Of a stretch of DNA of 64,000 bases, positions 38,023 through 47,822 are shown in pieces. Made by a program: the position numbers and the translations under genes. This DNA is from an uncultured delta proteobacterium (lineage in GTDB: Bacteria; Myxococcota; UBA727; VGSZ01). The notes under the pieces were generated by a model, which was not told the DNA's origin, searched no databases, and worked only from the letters and a program-made list of their open reading frames with translations. The stretch's first letter is position 1. Each line of letters opens with the position of its first letter. The stretch spans positions 604,677 to 668,676 of the forward strand of contig CAVZJB010000004.1 of the NCBI GenBank assembly GCA_963775425.1, written 5' to 3'.

Positions 38023-39915
38023 ATGCCAGAAGGCACGTCAAGGCTGCCGGCGCCGTTCGGCAAATATCTCCTCACGGACCTGATCGCCGTCGGCGGCATG
38101 GCCGAGGTCTATCGCGCCAAGATCTTCGGCGCGTCGGGCTTCGAAAAGGAGATGGTCGTCAAGCGCATCCTGCCGAAGTACGCGTCCAACCCGAACTTCG
38201 TGCAGATGCTCATCGACGAGGCCAAGATCGCGGTCTCGCTGTCGCACGGCAACATCGTCCCCATCTACGAGCTCGGCGAGCTCGAGGGCAGCTACTACAT
38301 CGCCATGGAGTACGTCGAAGGCCGCACGGTCCTCGACATCCTCCGCGACGCGCACAGCAAGAAGCACCCCCTGCCCTGGCCGTACTGCCTCGGCATCGCC
38401 GCCGACGTCGCCAAGGGCCTCGCCTACGCCCACGGCCGCACCGATCCCTTCGGGCGCCCGCTCGGCCTCGTGCACCGGGACATCAACCCGCGAAACATCG
38501 TCGTCACGCCTGCGGGCGAGGTGAAGATCCTCGACTTCGGCATCGCGCGCGCCTCCACCAAGAGGCACCAGACGGCGTCGGGCGTCATCAAGGGGACGCC
38601 GGGCTACATGTCCCCGGAGCAGATGTACGGGCACACGGTCGACTCGCGCTCGGACATCTACTGCCTCGGCATCCTCGTGTACGAGCTGCTCACGCTGCGC
38701 CGCCTCTTCCCCGTGTGGGACGTGAGCGAGATGCGCGCGGTGTTCGAGGCGGGGCCCATCCCGCTGCCGTCCTCCATCGCCCGCCACGTCGACAAGGTCG
38801 TCGACGCGGTGATCATGAAGGCGCTCGCGCAGGACATCACCAAGCGCTTCCAGAGCGCGGGCGACTTCGAGGAGGCGCTGCGCACGGTCATCGCGCAGTC
38901 GGGCACCGCGGTCACCGCGTCGGGCCTCGCACGCGAGGTGAAAGCCATCGACGACGCGCCCGGGCCCCGCGCGCCGCGCACGGCGCCGCCGGTCGTCGAG
39001 AGCCAGTCGCTGCCGCGCTCGCCGTCACCGTCGGCGTCACCGTCACCCTCGTCGTCACCCTCGTCGTCACCCTCGCCGTCACCCTCGTCGTCACCCTCGC
39101 CGTCACCCTCGTCTGGGCCGCCGCAGGCGCTGCTCCAGCCGGGCGACGTGTCGTCTCCGAGCCCGGCGGCGGCGCCGGCGCGCAGCCAGGTCCCCACCGC
39201 CCCGAGCCCGAGGGCTCCGCGGGCGGAGCAGCCGCCGGCCGGAGGGCCCGAGCCGATCAAGACGCAGCCGATGCCGATGCCGTCGGCGCCGGCCAAGATC
39301 GACGCGGCCCACTCCTTCGTCATCTCCCTCGAGCCGTCGGGGCCGCAGGCGCGCGCGCCGGCGCCGCTGCCGTCGATGGACGTCGCGGCGGCCTCGAAGG
39401 GCCACCGCACGCAGGTGCTCGCGAAGAACGACGGCGTCGATTGGGCCAGCGAGATCGGCGCGGACGCCGAGATGCTCGCGCTCATGAAAGCCACCGGCGC
39501 GCACCCCGCGTCCGGGCGGCGCGCGCTCATCGCAGCGGGCGTGGTGGTGGCCGTCGTCGTCGCGCTCGTCCTCGCCGTCGCCGGCGGCGACATCATGCGC
39601 GTGGTCCACCGCGCGCTCAGCGGCCACAAGGCGGAGCCGGGCGCCGTGGTGGTGAAGACCATCCCCTCGGGCGCCGACGTCACCCTCGACGGCAAGAACA
39701 AGGGCAAGAGCAACCTCAAGGTCACCGGCATCGACATCAACGAGCCGCACCGCCTGGTGGTCAAGCCCAAGGACAAGGACGCCGTCATCCTCGAGATCGA
39801 GAAGAAGGACTTCACCTCCGGTGAGGACGGCCTGCCTACGTACGTCTTCGAGCGCGACTACACGCCGCCGAAGGACGACGCCGGCGACAAGCCCGGCACA
39901 GACAAAGGCGGCTGA
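38023..39915 (+). CDS. Membrane Ser/Thr protein kinase with PEGA-like domain
   Basis: GGMAEVY, VVKRIL, VHRDINPRN, DFGIA, GTPGYMSPEQ; TM; TIPSGADVTLDG. Confidence 0.95.
   Translation: MPEGTSRLPAPFGKYLLTDLIAVGGMAEVYRAKIFGASGFEKEMVVKRILPKYASNPNFVQMLIDEAKIAVSLSHGNIVPIYELGELEGSYYIAMEYVEGRTVLDILRDAHSKKHPLPWPYCLGIAADVAKGLAYAHGRTDPFGRPLGLVHRDINPRNIVVTPAGEVKILDFGIARASTKRHQTASGVIKGTPGYMSPEQMYGHTVDSRSDIYCLGILVYELLTLRRLFPVWDVSEMRAVFEAGPIPLPSSIARHVDKVVDAVIMKALAQDITKRFQSAGDFEEALRTVIAQSGTAVTASGLAREVKAIDDAPGPRAPRTAPPVVESQSLPRSPSPSASPSPSSSPSSSPSPSPSSSPSPSPSSGPPQALLQPGDVSSPSPAAAPARSQVPTAPSPRAPRAEQPPAGGPEPIKTQPMPMPSAPAKIDAAHSFVISLEPSGPQARAPAPLPSMDVAAASKGHRTQVLAKNDGVDWASEIGADAEMLALMKATGAHPASGRRALIAAGVVVAVVVALVLAVAGGDIMRVVHRALSGHKAEPGAVVVKTIPSGADVTLDGKNKGKSNLKVTGIDINEPHRLVVKPKDKDAVILEIEKKDFTSGEDGLPTYVFERDYTPPKDDAGDKPGTDKGG
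39020..39112. repeat. Ser/Pro low-complexity repeat in the kinase linker
   Basis: tcaccctcgtcg / tcaccctcgccg units. Confidence 0.8.
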
Positions 39916-39942
39916 CGCGCGCACCAGCGAGCGCGCGGCGCG

Positions 39943-40842
39943 TCACAGGCCGAGGCGCGTGCCGAGGATGCGCATGCGTTCGCGTTGGCGCTCGGTCATC
40001 GTCGTGTCCGTGAGGGCCCCGAGGGCGAGGGTGGCCTCGTCGGAGCGGCCCACGAGGCGCAGCGCTTCGGCGCGGCACAGCTCGCGCTCGACGATGCGAT
40101 AGGCGGTGCTCGGGCCGTCGTCGACCTGGCGGGCGCGCTCGAGCGACTGCAGCGCCGTTCGCCCGTCCTTGTGCGCCACCCGCTCGATGGCGCGGGTGCC
40201 GGCGACGGCGGCGATCAGCTTCTTGCTGTTCTGCGGCCCACCGAGATCGCGCGCGCTCGCCTTGTGCAGGCGGCGCTCGGCCTCGTCGAGCAGCGGTGTG
40301 GCGGCCTCGGCGCCCTCGGGGTTCTCCGACGCGAGGTGGGCGAAGGCGCGGTTGTTGAGCCACAAGACCGTCGCCAGCGGCATGTGCAGGATGCCGGGCG
40401 GATACTTGTCGAGGATGGCGGCGGCCTCGTCGACGCGATCGCGTTGGATGAGCACCGAGGCGAGGTTGGACGCCGCGAGCGTGCGCATGACGCCGGCGGG
40501 GCTCTCGGTGAGGGCGCGCTCCGCCGCCGCCTGCGCCGCGTCGAGATCGCCGAGGGAGATGCCGCCCACCACGGCCTGGCCGAGGCGGTTCTGCCGCCAC
40601 GTCTGCGCGAGCACCTGGCCCGTGGCGAGGGTGACGGCGAGGAGGGCGGCGGCGGCCACCGTCAGGCCACCGGTGGCGACGCCGATGCCGATGGCGGCGC
40701 TCCCGCCCACGAGCACGGCGAAGCGAGCGGCCGATCGCCACGTCCGGCCCGGCACCGGCGGCCGGTAGGGGCGCAGCTCCGCAGTGTCTTCTTGCGCGAG
40801 ATCGGTCTGCGGTGCGTGGATCAGCGCGGTGGAATCGGACAT
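39943..40842 (-). CDS. Membrane-anchored TPR-like hypothetical protein
   Basis: Two TMs followed by helical repeats (ASNLASVL, LNNRAFA). Confidence 0.7.
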   Translation of the reverse strand: MSDSTALIHAPQTDLAQEDTAELRPYRPPVPGRTWRSAARFAVLVGGSAAIGIGVATGGLTVAAAALLAVTLATGQVLAQTWRQNRLGQAVVGGISLGDLDAAQAAAERALTESPAGVMRTLAASNLASVLIQRDRVDEAAAILDKYPPGILHMPLATVLWLNNRAFAHLASENPEGAEAATPLLDEAERRLHKASARDLGGPQNSKKLIAAVAGTRAIERVAHKDGRTALQSLERARQVDDGPSTAYRIVERELCRAEALRLVGRSDEATLALGALTDTTMTERQRERMRILGTRLGL

Positions 40843-40898
40843 CTTCTCGGGGTCTACCTACTTTCGGATTCTACTCCGGGTGGGTAGCAGCGCAGAAC

Positions 40899-41579
40899 AT
40901 GACGGGAGCCCTCGATCACATCCGGTACGTCACCGTCGAAGGCTGCATCGGGGTGGGTAAGACCACGCTCACACGTCTCCTGTCGGAGGCCCTCGGGGCA
41001 CGCACGGTCCTCGAGATCGTCGAGGAGAACCCGTTCCTCCCGGAGTTCTACCAGGACAAGGTCGCCCACGCGTTCAAGACCCAGATGTTCTTCCTGCTCT
41101 CGCGCTTCAAGCAGCAGGAGGCCCTGCTTCAGGGTGATCTTTTCCAGGGTACGGTCGTCAGCGACTACCTCTTCGCCAAGGACCGCATCTTCGCCGAGCT
41201 GACGCTGTCGGCGTCGGAGATGGCGCTGTACGACCAGATCTTCCGCGCGCTGTCGTCCAAGGTGCGCTCGCCCGACCTCGTCATCTACCTGCACGCGCCC
41301 ATGGACGTGATCCTGGAGCGCATCGCGCGCCGCGGCCGCCCCTTCGAGCGCGACATCGAGCGGCAGTACCTGGAGGATCTCGTCGGCGCCTACGGCCGCT
41401 TCTTTCAGCGCTTCGACGAGGCCCCGGTGCTCACCATCGACACCGCCGACCTCAACTTCCCCGCCCGCGACACCGACCTCGCCGTCGTCCTCGAGGCCCT
41501 GCGCGACTTCCCGAACGACAAGGAGCGCCGCCGGGTGGTCACGGGCAAGGCCGACGCGCGGCAGCCGAACCTGGTCTAG
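40899..41579 (+). CDS. Deoxynucleoside kinase
   Basis: EGCIGVGKTTL, ENPFLPEFY, QMFFLLSRF, PDLVIYL, RI.RRGRPFE. Confidence 0.95.
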   Translation: MTGALDHIRYVTVEGCIGVGKTTLTRLLSEALGARTVLEIVEENPFLPEFYQDKVAHAFKTQMFFLLSRFKQQEALLQGDLFQGTVVSDYLFAKDRIFAELTLSASEMALYDQIFRALSSKVRSPDLVIYLHAPMDVILERIARRGRPFERDIERQYLEDLVGAYGRFFQRFDEAPVLTIDTADLNFPARDTDLAVVLEALRDFPNDKERRRVVTGKADARQPNLV

Positions 41580-42146
41580 CTACCGGGCCACGCGCGCGCG
41601 GACGGCGTCGAGCTCGGGCGCGAGCTTGTCGAGCCGCTCGGCGCACAGCGCCTTGGACTTCGGCGCGCGGCAGGGGGGATCGTTGATGGCGCAGGGCGGC
41701 CGAACGACCTCCTCGTAGGCCGCGCAGCCGACCGCGCCCTTGTTGCCGTCGCCGCAGGACTGCACGTGGACCGTCATGCGGCCGCTCTGGAGGTTGCGCG
41801 ACACGACGCAGGCCGTGGTGGGCGTCGGCGTGACGGCGCCCCAGCGCTCGAACGACATCCCGCTCGACACGACGTTCAACAGCATCACCTGGACCTGCGG
41901 CGCCCCACCCTTGACGTCGGACTTCCCGGCCCAGGTGACGGTGACGGAGCTCTTTGCGTCGGCCGGCGCGCCGCCGTCGGGCGTGTAGACCACCCGCTTG
42001 AGGCCGTTGGCGAGCTTGTCGTCGACGGCCTTGTTCAGGGCGGCGTCGCCGAAGGTGAGCTTGTCCGGAGCCTTTTCACAGCCCGCGGCCACGGCGGCGG
42101 CGGCGAGGAGCAGGGCGGGCGCGAGCGCGGGGCGAGGGGGACGCAT
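41580..42146 (-). CDS. Hypothetical lipoprotein
   Basis: MRPPRPALAPALLLAAAAVAAGC lipobox; only the 3' end of the long track ORF is real. Confidence 0.65.
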   Translation of the reverse strand: MRPPRPALAPALLLAAAAVAAGCEKAPDKLTFGDAALNKAVDDKLANGLKRVVYTPDGGAPADAKSSVTVTWAGKSDVKGGAPQVQVMLLNVVSSGMSFERWGAVTPTPTTACVVSRNLQSGRMTVHVQSCGDGNKGAVGCAAYEEVVRPPCAINDPPCRAPKSKALCAERLDKLAPELDAVRARVAR

Positions 42147-42212
42147 GGGCGCAGCATCGCACGCCCCCGCCCTCCCTTGCGCTGGCGGCCTCGACGGGAC
42201 AAGCCCGGAGGC

Positions 42213-43604
42213 ATGACGCACCCGAAGCTCCAAGCCGTCGTCGCCAAGGCCGAAAAATCCCTCCAGCCCGCCATCGAGCGGCTCGGCGGGTTCCTCAAGA
42301 TCCCCGCCATCTCGTGCGAGCCCGAGCACAAGGGCGACGTGAAGAAGCTCGCCGAGCACGTGCGCGCCGACCTCGAGAAGGTCGGCTTCGAGCGCGCGCG
42401 CCTGCTGGAGCTGCCCGACGCGCACCCCTGCGTCGCCGCCGAGTGGATGAAGGCGGGTGACAAGAAGCCCACCATCCTCATCTACGGCCACCTCGATCTG
42501 CAGCCCGTCAAGGGCGAGCCGTGGGACACGCCGCCGCACACGCCCACGCAGAAGGGCGATCGCCTCTACGCCCGCGGCTCCGCCGACGACATGGGCGGCT
42601 GGGTCTCGCACCTCGTCTCGCTCGAGGCGTGGCTGTCCGAGGCCGGAGAGCTGCCCTGCAACGTCAAGCTGCTCATCGAGGGCGAGGAGGAGATCGGCTC
42701 CCCCAACCTCGAGCGCTTCATGGACAAGTTCCCCGAGGCCTTCACCTCCGACGTCATGGTGCTCACCGACTGCGAGAACCCCTCCGTCGACACGCCCGGA
42801 CTGACGGTGTCGTTGCGCGGCCTGCTCGAGGTGGAGCTCACCTGCGAGAGCGCGTCGTCGGACGTGCACTCGGGCCTGTGGGGGAACGTGGTCCCCGACC
42901 CGGCCATGGCGCTCATCAAGCTCCTCGCCCGCCTCGTCGACGACGACTGCCGCATGGTGCTGGAGCGCCAGAAGGTCGATCCCGCGTGGCTCAAGGCGTC
43001 CTTCGACGTGCCCCTCGGGCCCGACGTCATCAAGGCGGGCGCGCACCTGCTGCCCGGCGTGGAGCCCCTGCCAAACCGCGACCTCTCGCCGGCGGCGTGG
43101 ATCTGGCGGCAGCCCGCCGTGACGGTGTTGTCGACGACGTTCCCGCCGCCCGGCAGCGAGAAGAACGCCATCCGCAAGCGCTCGAGCGCCATCCTCTCGG
43201 TGCGCCTGGCCCCGGGGCAGACGCGCGACACCATGCTGCCCGCGCTCCACAAGGTGCTGACCGACAACGCCCCCGGCGGCGTCAAGGTCACCCTCACCGA
43301 GCGGGCCGGCGGCTCGATGGCCTGGGACTACAAGCCCAAGGGGCCGGCGTTCGAGGCCGCCGACCGCGCCTACGAGAAGGCCTGGGGAAAGAAGCTGCTG
43401 CACATCGGCGTCGGCGGCTCCATCCCCTTCGTCGCCCTCTTCGGCCGCCGCTACGGGGACCTGCCGCTCATCCTGAACGGCGTGATGGATCCGCAGACCA
43501 CGGCCCACGGGCCGAACGAGTCTTTGCACCTGGGCGTGTTCCACAAGGCGATCCTGGCCAACGTCTACCTGCTCGACGAGCTCGCGGCGCTGCCCAGGCC
43601 CTGA
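42213..43604 (+). CDS. M20/M25/M40 metallopeptidase (dipeptidase)
   Basis: YGHLDLQP, ARGSADDMG, EGEEEIGS, HSG, GGSIP, AHGPNE. Confidence 0.93.
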   Translation: MTHPKLQAVVAKAEKSLQPAIERLGGFLKIPAISCEPEHKGDVKKLAEHVRADLEKVGFERARLLELPDAHPCVAAEWMKAGDKKPTILIYGHLDLQPVKGEPWDTPPHTPTQKGDRLYARGSADDMGGWVSHLVSLEAWLSEAGELPCNVKLLIEGEEEIGSPNLERFMDKFPEAFTSDVMVLTDCENPSVDTPGLTVSLRGLLEVELTCESASSDVHSGLWGNVVPDPAMALIKLLARLVDDDCRMVLERQKVDPAWLKASFDVPLGPDVIKAGAHLLPGVEPLPNRDLSPAAWIWRQPAVTVLSTTFPPPGSEKNAIRKRSSAILSVRLAPGQTRDTMLPALHKVLTDNAPGGVKVTLTERAGGSMAWDYKPKGPAFEAADRAYEKAWGKKLLHIGVGGSIPFVALFGRRYGDLPLILNGVMDPQTTAHGPNESLHLGVFHKAILANVYLLDELAALPRP

Positions 43605-43615
43605 GCGCCGGCCGG

Positions 43616-43632
43616 GTAAACGTTCCGTAACG
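43616..43632 (+). promoter_or_regulatory. Candidate OmpR/PhoB-type direct-repeat site
   Basis: GTAAAC and GTAACG spaced 11 bp apart upstream of the vWA-RR-HK operon. Confidence 0.4.
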
Positions 43633-43685
43633 GCGAGAACCTTCGCCGTCCTCGCGCGTTCCCTCCCGCACCAGGAGGTTCGCGC

Positions 43686-45083
43686 ATGAAGGCCTTGATC
43701 CCCTACGCCGTGCTCGGCGTCATCGGCGCCGCCGGCGCCTTCGCCGCCGTCTCCCACCGCGGCGCGGCGCCCGTGACACCGCCGCAGACGGCGCTCCCGG
43801 TCGATCCCCCCGCGCAGGCGGACGACGGCCCCGTCCGCGTGCGGGCCGCCCTGGATCGCACGGCGCTGCCGGCGGCCGGGGGCGAGGCGTTCGTCCGCGT
43901 GGCCCTGGAGGGCGTCACCCCCAAGGAGGAGAAGCAGGAGCGGGTGCCGGTGTCCTTGACGCTGGTCATCGATCGCTCGGGCTCCATGGGCGGCAGGAAG
44001 ATGGACGACGCCAAGAGCGCCGCGCTCGGCGCCATCGAGAGCCTCAAGGACGGCGACAAGGTGTGCGTCGTGAGCTTCGACGACGGCGCCGACACCCACG
44101 GCTGCGGCGCCCTGGGCGCCACCGGCACGCGCGCGTCGCTGCGCACGGCGGTGGACGGCCTGTTCGCCCGCGGCGGCACCGACATGGTGAGCGGCCTGCG
44201 CGTCGGCGGCGAGGCCGCCGGCGGCATCTTCGGGGCCGACCGCGTGAACCGCGTGCTGCTGGTGTCCGACGGCCGCCCCGACACCGAGCGCGGCCTGCGC
44301 GATCAGGTGGCGGCGCTGGCGCAGCGCGGCATCACCACGACCACCCTCGGGCTCGGCGAGGACTACAACGAGGACCTGATGTCGTCCCTCGCCGACGGGG
44401 GGCTCGGGCACTACTTCTTCGTCGAGAAGCCCGAGCAGCTCGCCGGCATCTTCGCCGAGGAGCTCCAGAGCCTCTCCACCGTCGTCGCGCGGCAGGCGGC
44501 CGTGGAGCTCGAGCCGAACAACGGCGCGGTCATCGACGATGTCATCGGCTTCCGCTTCGACAGAAGCGGCGGCAAGGTCTTCATCCCCGCCGGCGACATC
44601 TACGGCGGCCGCACCACCGACATCCTCGTGCGCCTGCACACGCCCAGGACGGCCGCCTCGGGCGCCGCCACCGGCGTCGTCGGCGTGCACGTGGCGTACG
44701 TCGACGCGCGCACGAACGTGGCGACGGCGACGGACCGGCAGCTCGCCGCCGTGTTCACGACGGACGACGCCGCCGTGCTTACGAGCGTCGTCGCCGACGT
44801 GGCCGCCAAGGCGGAGAAGTGGCGCGCGTCGCAGGCGCTGCTGCAGGCGAACGCCGCCTACGACCGCGGCGACACCGGGGCCGGCAACGCCATCCTCCAG
44901 CGCTCCGCGGCCCGGCTGAAGGCGAAGGCGGTGGACTTCGCCGACGACGAGCTCGCAGGCGAGGCCACGGCGCAGGTGGAGTTCGAAAAGCAGAACGCCG
45001 CCGGCGGCGCCGCCTGGCGCGGCGTGGGCACCAAGGCCGCCAAGAAGCGGGCCTGGAGCATGAACAAGGGGTCCGCGTACTGA
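43686..45083 (+). CDS. Exported vWA-domain protein (YfbK-like)
   Basis: AGGAGG RBS; signal; LVIDRSGSM, GGTD, RVLLVSDG, TLGLG.DYNEDLM. Confidence 0.9.
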   Translation: MKALIPYAVLGVIGAAGAFAAVSHRGAAPVTPPQTALPVDPPAQADDGPVRVRAALDRTALPAAGGEAFVRVALEGVTPKEEKQERVPVSLTLVIDRSGSMGGRKMDDAKSAALGAIESLKDGDKVCVVSFDDGADTHGCGALGATGTRASLRTAVDGLFARGGTDMVSGLRVGGEAAGGIFGADRVNRVLLVSDGRPDTERGLRDQVAALAQRGITTTTLGLGEDYNEDLMSSLADGGLGHYFFVEKPEQLAGIFAEELQSLSTVVARQAAVELEPNNGAVIDDVIGFRFDRSGGKVFIPAGDIYGGRTTDILVRLHTPRTAASGAATGVVGVHVAYVDARTNVATATDRQLAAVFTTDDAAVLTSVVADVAAKAEKWRASQALLQANAAYDRGDTGAGNAILQRSAARLKAKAVDFADDELAGEATAQVEFEKQNAAGGAAWRGVGTKAAKKRAWSMNKGSAY

Positions 45084-45084
45084 C

Positions 45085-45138
45085 CCGACGGGGCGGGGCG
45101 ACGCGGGGCCGAGCCCCGCGCCGCCCGCCGGGACGGGC
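45085..45138 (+). terminator. GC-rich stem-loop between vWA and response regulator genes
   Basis: cgcggggc-cga-gccccgcg core with an extended imperfect stem; no U-tract. Confidence 0.35.
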
Positions 45139-45162
45139 TTGATGAAGCCCGGGGAGGACGCG

Positions 45163-45906
45163 ATGCTCGAGCCCGTGACCAGCGTCGACGCCCGGATCTC
45201 CCGGGTGCTTCTCGTCGAGGACGAGGCCCGCATCCGCGAGGGCTTGACGGAGCTGTTTCATAGCCAGGGCTTCGAGGTCGACGCCGTCGCCGACGGCCTC
45301 GTGGCCCTCGAGCGCGTGGCGCGCGGCGGCTTCGACATCGTGCTCCTCGACATCATGCTGCCCGGCATGGACGGCCTGAGCGTCCTGCGCCACGTGCGCA
45401 GCCGCGGGGACATGACGCCGGTGCTCCTGCTCACCGCCAAGGGCGCCGAGGACGACGTCGTCCGCGGCCTCGAGGCCGGCGCGGACGACTACGTCACCAA
45501 GCCCTTCGGCATCCACGAGCTGCTCGCGCGCGTGAAGGGCCTGCTGCGCCGCAGCCAGCAAAAGGGGCTGGAGGCGCGCAAGCAGATCGCCGTCGGCGAC
45601 GCCATCATCGACCTCGACCAGCTCGTGGTCCGCCACCGCAACGGCGAGGTCAAGCTCACCGCCCGCGAGGGCGCGCTGCTCGACTTCCTCGCCGCGCGCG
45701 CGCACCGGCCCGTCGGCCGTGACGAGCTCCTCGTCGAGGTCTGGGGCTACCGCGACGGATCCATCCAGACCCGCACCGTCGACGTCCACGTGCAGCAGTT
45801 GCGCGCCAAGCTGAAGGGCGTCTCGGGCGGCGAGGCGTGGATCGGCACGGTGCGCGGCCGCGGGTACCGCTTCGAGGGGCCGCTTTCGGACGGCGCGTCC
45901 GCTTGA
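45163..45906 (+). CDS. OmpR/PhoB-family response regulator
   Basis: LLVEDE, LLDIMLPGMDG, LLTAK, GADDYVTKPF, RTVDVHV..LRAKL, TVRGRGY. Confidence 0.96.
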   Translation: MLEPVTSVDARISRVLLVEDEARIREGLTELFHSQGFEVDAVADGLVALERVARGGFDIVLLDIMLPGMDGLSVLRHVRSRGDMTPVLLLTAKGAEDDVVRGLEAGADDYVTKPFGIHELLARVKGLLRRSQQKGLEARKQIAVGDAIIDLDQLVVRHRNGEVKLTAREGALLDFLAARAHRPVGRDELLVEVWGYRDGSIQTRTVDVHVQQLRAKLKGVSGGEAWIGTVRGRGYRFEGPLSDGASA

Positions 45907-47801
45907 TGCGCCGCGGGACGTTCCTGTTGTTCATCGGCGTCGGCGTCCCCGTCGCGCTGCTCGCCGCGGGCTGGTGGTTGTCGTCGCGGCGCGAGGTCGA
46001 GGGGCGCCGCCGCGAGGCGCTCGCGCTCCTGCATCGCACCGCGGAGGTGGTGCGCGGCGTCGTCGACGCCTCGCTCGAGGAGATGCGCGTGCGCGAGGAC
46101 GCGCGCCCGTTCGACGCATACAACCACGTCTACAACCCCCCCGGCGTCGTCGCCCTCGGCGACGCGTTGGCGCTGTCGCCGCTCGCGCGCGATCCCGAGG
46201 ACCCGCGCGTCGTCGGCTACTTCCAGATCGACGCCGGCGGCGTGGTGCGCACGCCCTACGAGAAGGATCCCGTCTCACGCACGCACGCGCGCGCGCACCT
46301 CGTGGCCATGCGGGTGGAGGCGCCGGCGTTCGCCGAGCTGCGCGGGCTGGTCCACGGCCCGGCGCCGCCCAAAAAAGGCGTGCGCGTGGCCGCCAAGGAC
46401 GCTCACGACGACGACGACGACGACGACGGCGACGGCGACGGCGAGGGCGACGGGCCCAAGAAGCCCAAGAGCATCGCGGCGCTCAACACGTTGCAAAACG
46501 CCGTCTACGAGGAGCTCCAGCAGGCCGACCAGGACATGGAGAAGCGCATCGACCTCGTGTTCCAGGATCGAAGAATCCCGGAGACGCAGCGAAACGACGT
46601 CGCGTGGAGCGCCGGCACCCGCGGCGCCGTGCGCGCCACCAAGAAGCAACAGCAGCCCGCCGACCTCGTCGCCCCGAAGAAGACCCGCGCCAAGGCCAAG
46701 GTCAAGGACGAGGACGCCGCCGTCGTCGACTACACGCCGTTCGTCTTCGACATCTTCGGCGACGAGCTCGTGCTCTACCGCCTCGTCTCCTCGGGCGGCA
46801 GCCGCTCGGTGCAGGGAGCGCTCCTCGACCGCGCGCAGATCTTCGACCGTTGGCTGCCCACGGTCATCGAGCGCCACTCGGTGGCCGCCACGCGCCCGCG
46901 CGTGGTGAAGAAGGGCGTGCCCGCGGACTGCCTGGTGCGCATGTCGGCCAGCGACGTCATCGACGTCGTGGATCTCTGCTTTCCGCCGGAGGCGCTGCCT
47001 TCGGTCGAGGGCATCCCGCGCACGCAGATCGCGCTCCTCGTGGCGCTCGTGTTCGTGGTGCTGCTCGCGGTCATCGCCACCGACCTCGCCGCGCGGCGCG
47101 CGGACCAGCTCGCCCGGCAGCGCGGCGCGTTCATCTCGGCGGTCTCGCACGAGCTGCGCACCCCGCTGACCACGCTGCGCATGCATGCCGAGCTCCTGCG
47201 CGACGGCCTGGTGTCGCCGGCGCGGCAGAAGAAATTCCACGACGACATGGTCCAGGAGTCGGTGCGCCTCTCGCACCTCGTCGAGAACGTCCTCGAGGCC
47301 ACGCGCCTCGAGGAGGGGCGGCGCCAGATGCGCATCCAGCCCGGCGATCTCGGCGCCGCCGTGCGCGGCATCGCCGAGGCGCAGGCGCCGTTCCTGGCCA
47401 CCAAGGGGTTCTCCGTCGACGTCCGCGCCGACGACGGCGTGACGGCGGCGTTCGATCGGCAGGCGCTCGAGCAGGTGCTCGTGAACCTCCTCGACAACGC
47501 CGCCAAGTACGCGGTGGACGCCGAGGACAAGGTGGTCGTCGTCGAGGTGAAGGGCGACGGGAAAGACGCCGTGGTGCGCGTGCTCGATCGCGGACCCGGC
47601 ATCCCGTCGCACGAGCGCCACAAGGTCTTTCAGCGGTTCCACCGCGTCGACCGTCCCGGCGAGGACCACGTCGTCGGCACCGGCCTCGGGCTGTCCTTGG
47701 TGCGCGAGCTGGTGGAGGCCCACGGCGGCAGCGCCAGCGCCGGCGCCCGCGACGGCGGCGGCTGCTGCATCGAGCTCCGCTTCCCGTGTTCTCCGGCGTA
47801 A
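45906..47801 (+). CDS. Sensor histidine kinase with large extracytoplasmic domain
   Basis: Two TMs; SHELRTPLT, NLLDNAAKY, DRGPGI, GTGLGL. Confidence 0.95.
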   Translation: MRRGTFLLFIGVGVPVALLAAGWWLSSRREVEGRRREALALLHRTAEVVRGVVDASLEEMRVREDARPFDAYNHVYNPPGVVALGDALALSPLARDPEDPRVVGYFQIDAGGVVRTPYEKDPVSRTHARAHLVAMRVEAPAFAELRGLVHGPAPPKKGVRVAAKDAHDDDDDDDGDGDGEGDGPKKPKSIAALNTLQNAVYEELQQADQDMEKRIDLVFQDRRIPETQRNDVAWSAGTRGAVRATKKQQQPADLVAPKKTRAKAKVKDEDAAVVDYTPFVFDIFGDELVLYRLVSSGGSRSVQGALLDRAQIFDRWLPTVIERHSVAATRPRVVKKGVPADCLVRMSASDVIDVVDLCFPPEALPSVEGIPRTQIALLVALVFVVLLAVIATDLAARRADQLARQRGAFISAVSHELRTPLTTLRMHAELLRDGLVSPARQKKFHDDMVQESVRLSHLVENVLEATRLEEGRRQMRIQPGDLGAAVRGIAEAQAPFLATKGFSVDVRADDGVTAAFDRQALEQVLVNLLDNAAKYAVDAEDKVVVVEVKGDGKDAVVRVLDRGPGIPSHERHKVFQRFHRVDRPGEDHVVGTGLGLSLVRELVEAHGGSASAGARDGGGCCIELRFPCSPA

Positions 47802-47822
47802 AGCCGGGCCTGCGCTCGCGTC

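Noticed and set aside
36533-38041. 5' extension of ORF 34370-38041
   Set aside because: Antisense to the GE-linker lipoprotein gene; the FAFA runs are the reverse reading of the GE repeat.
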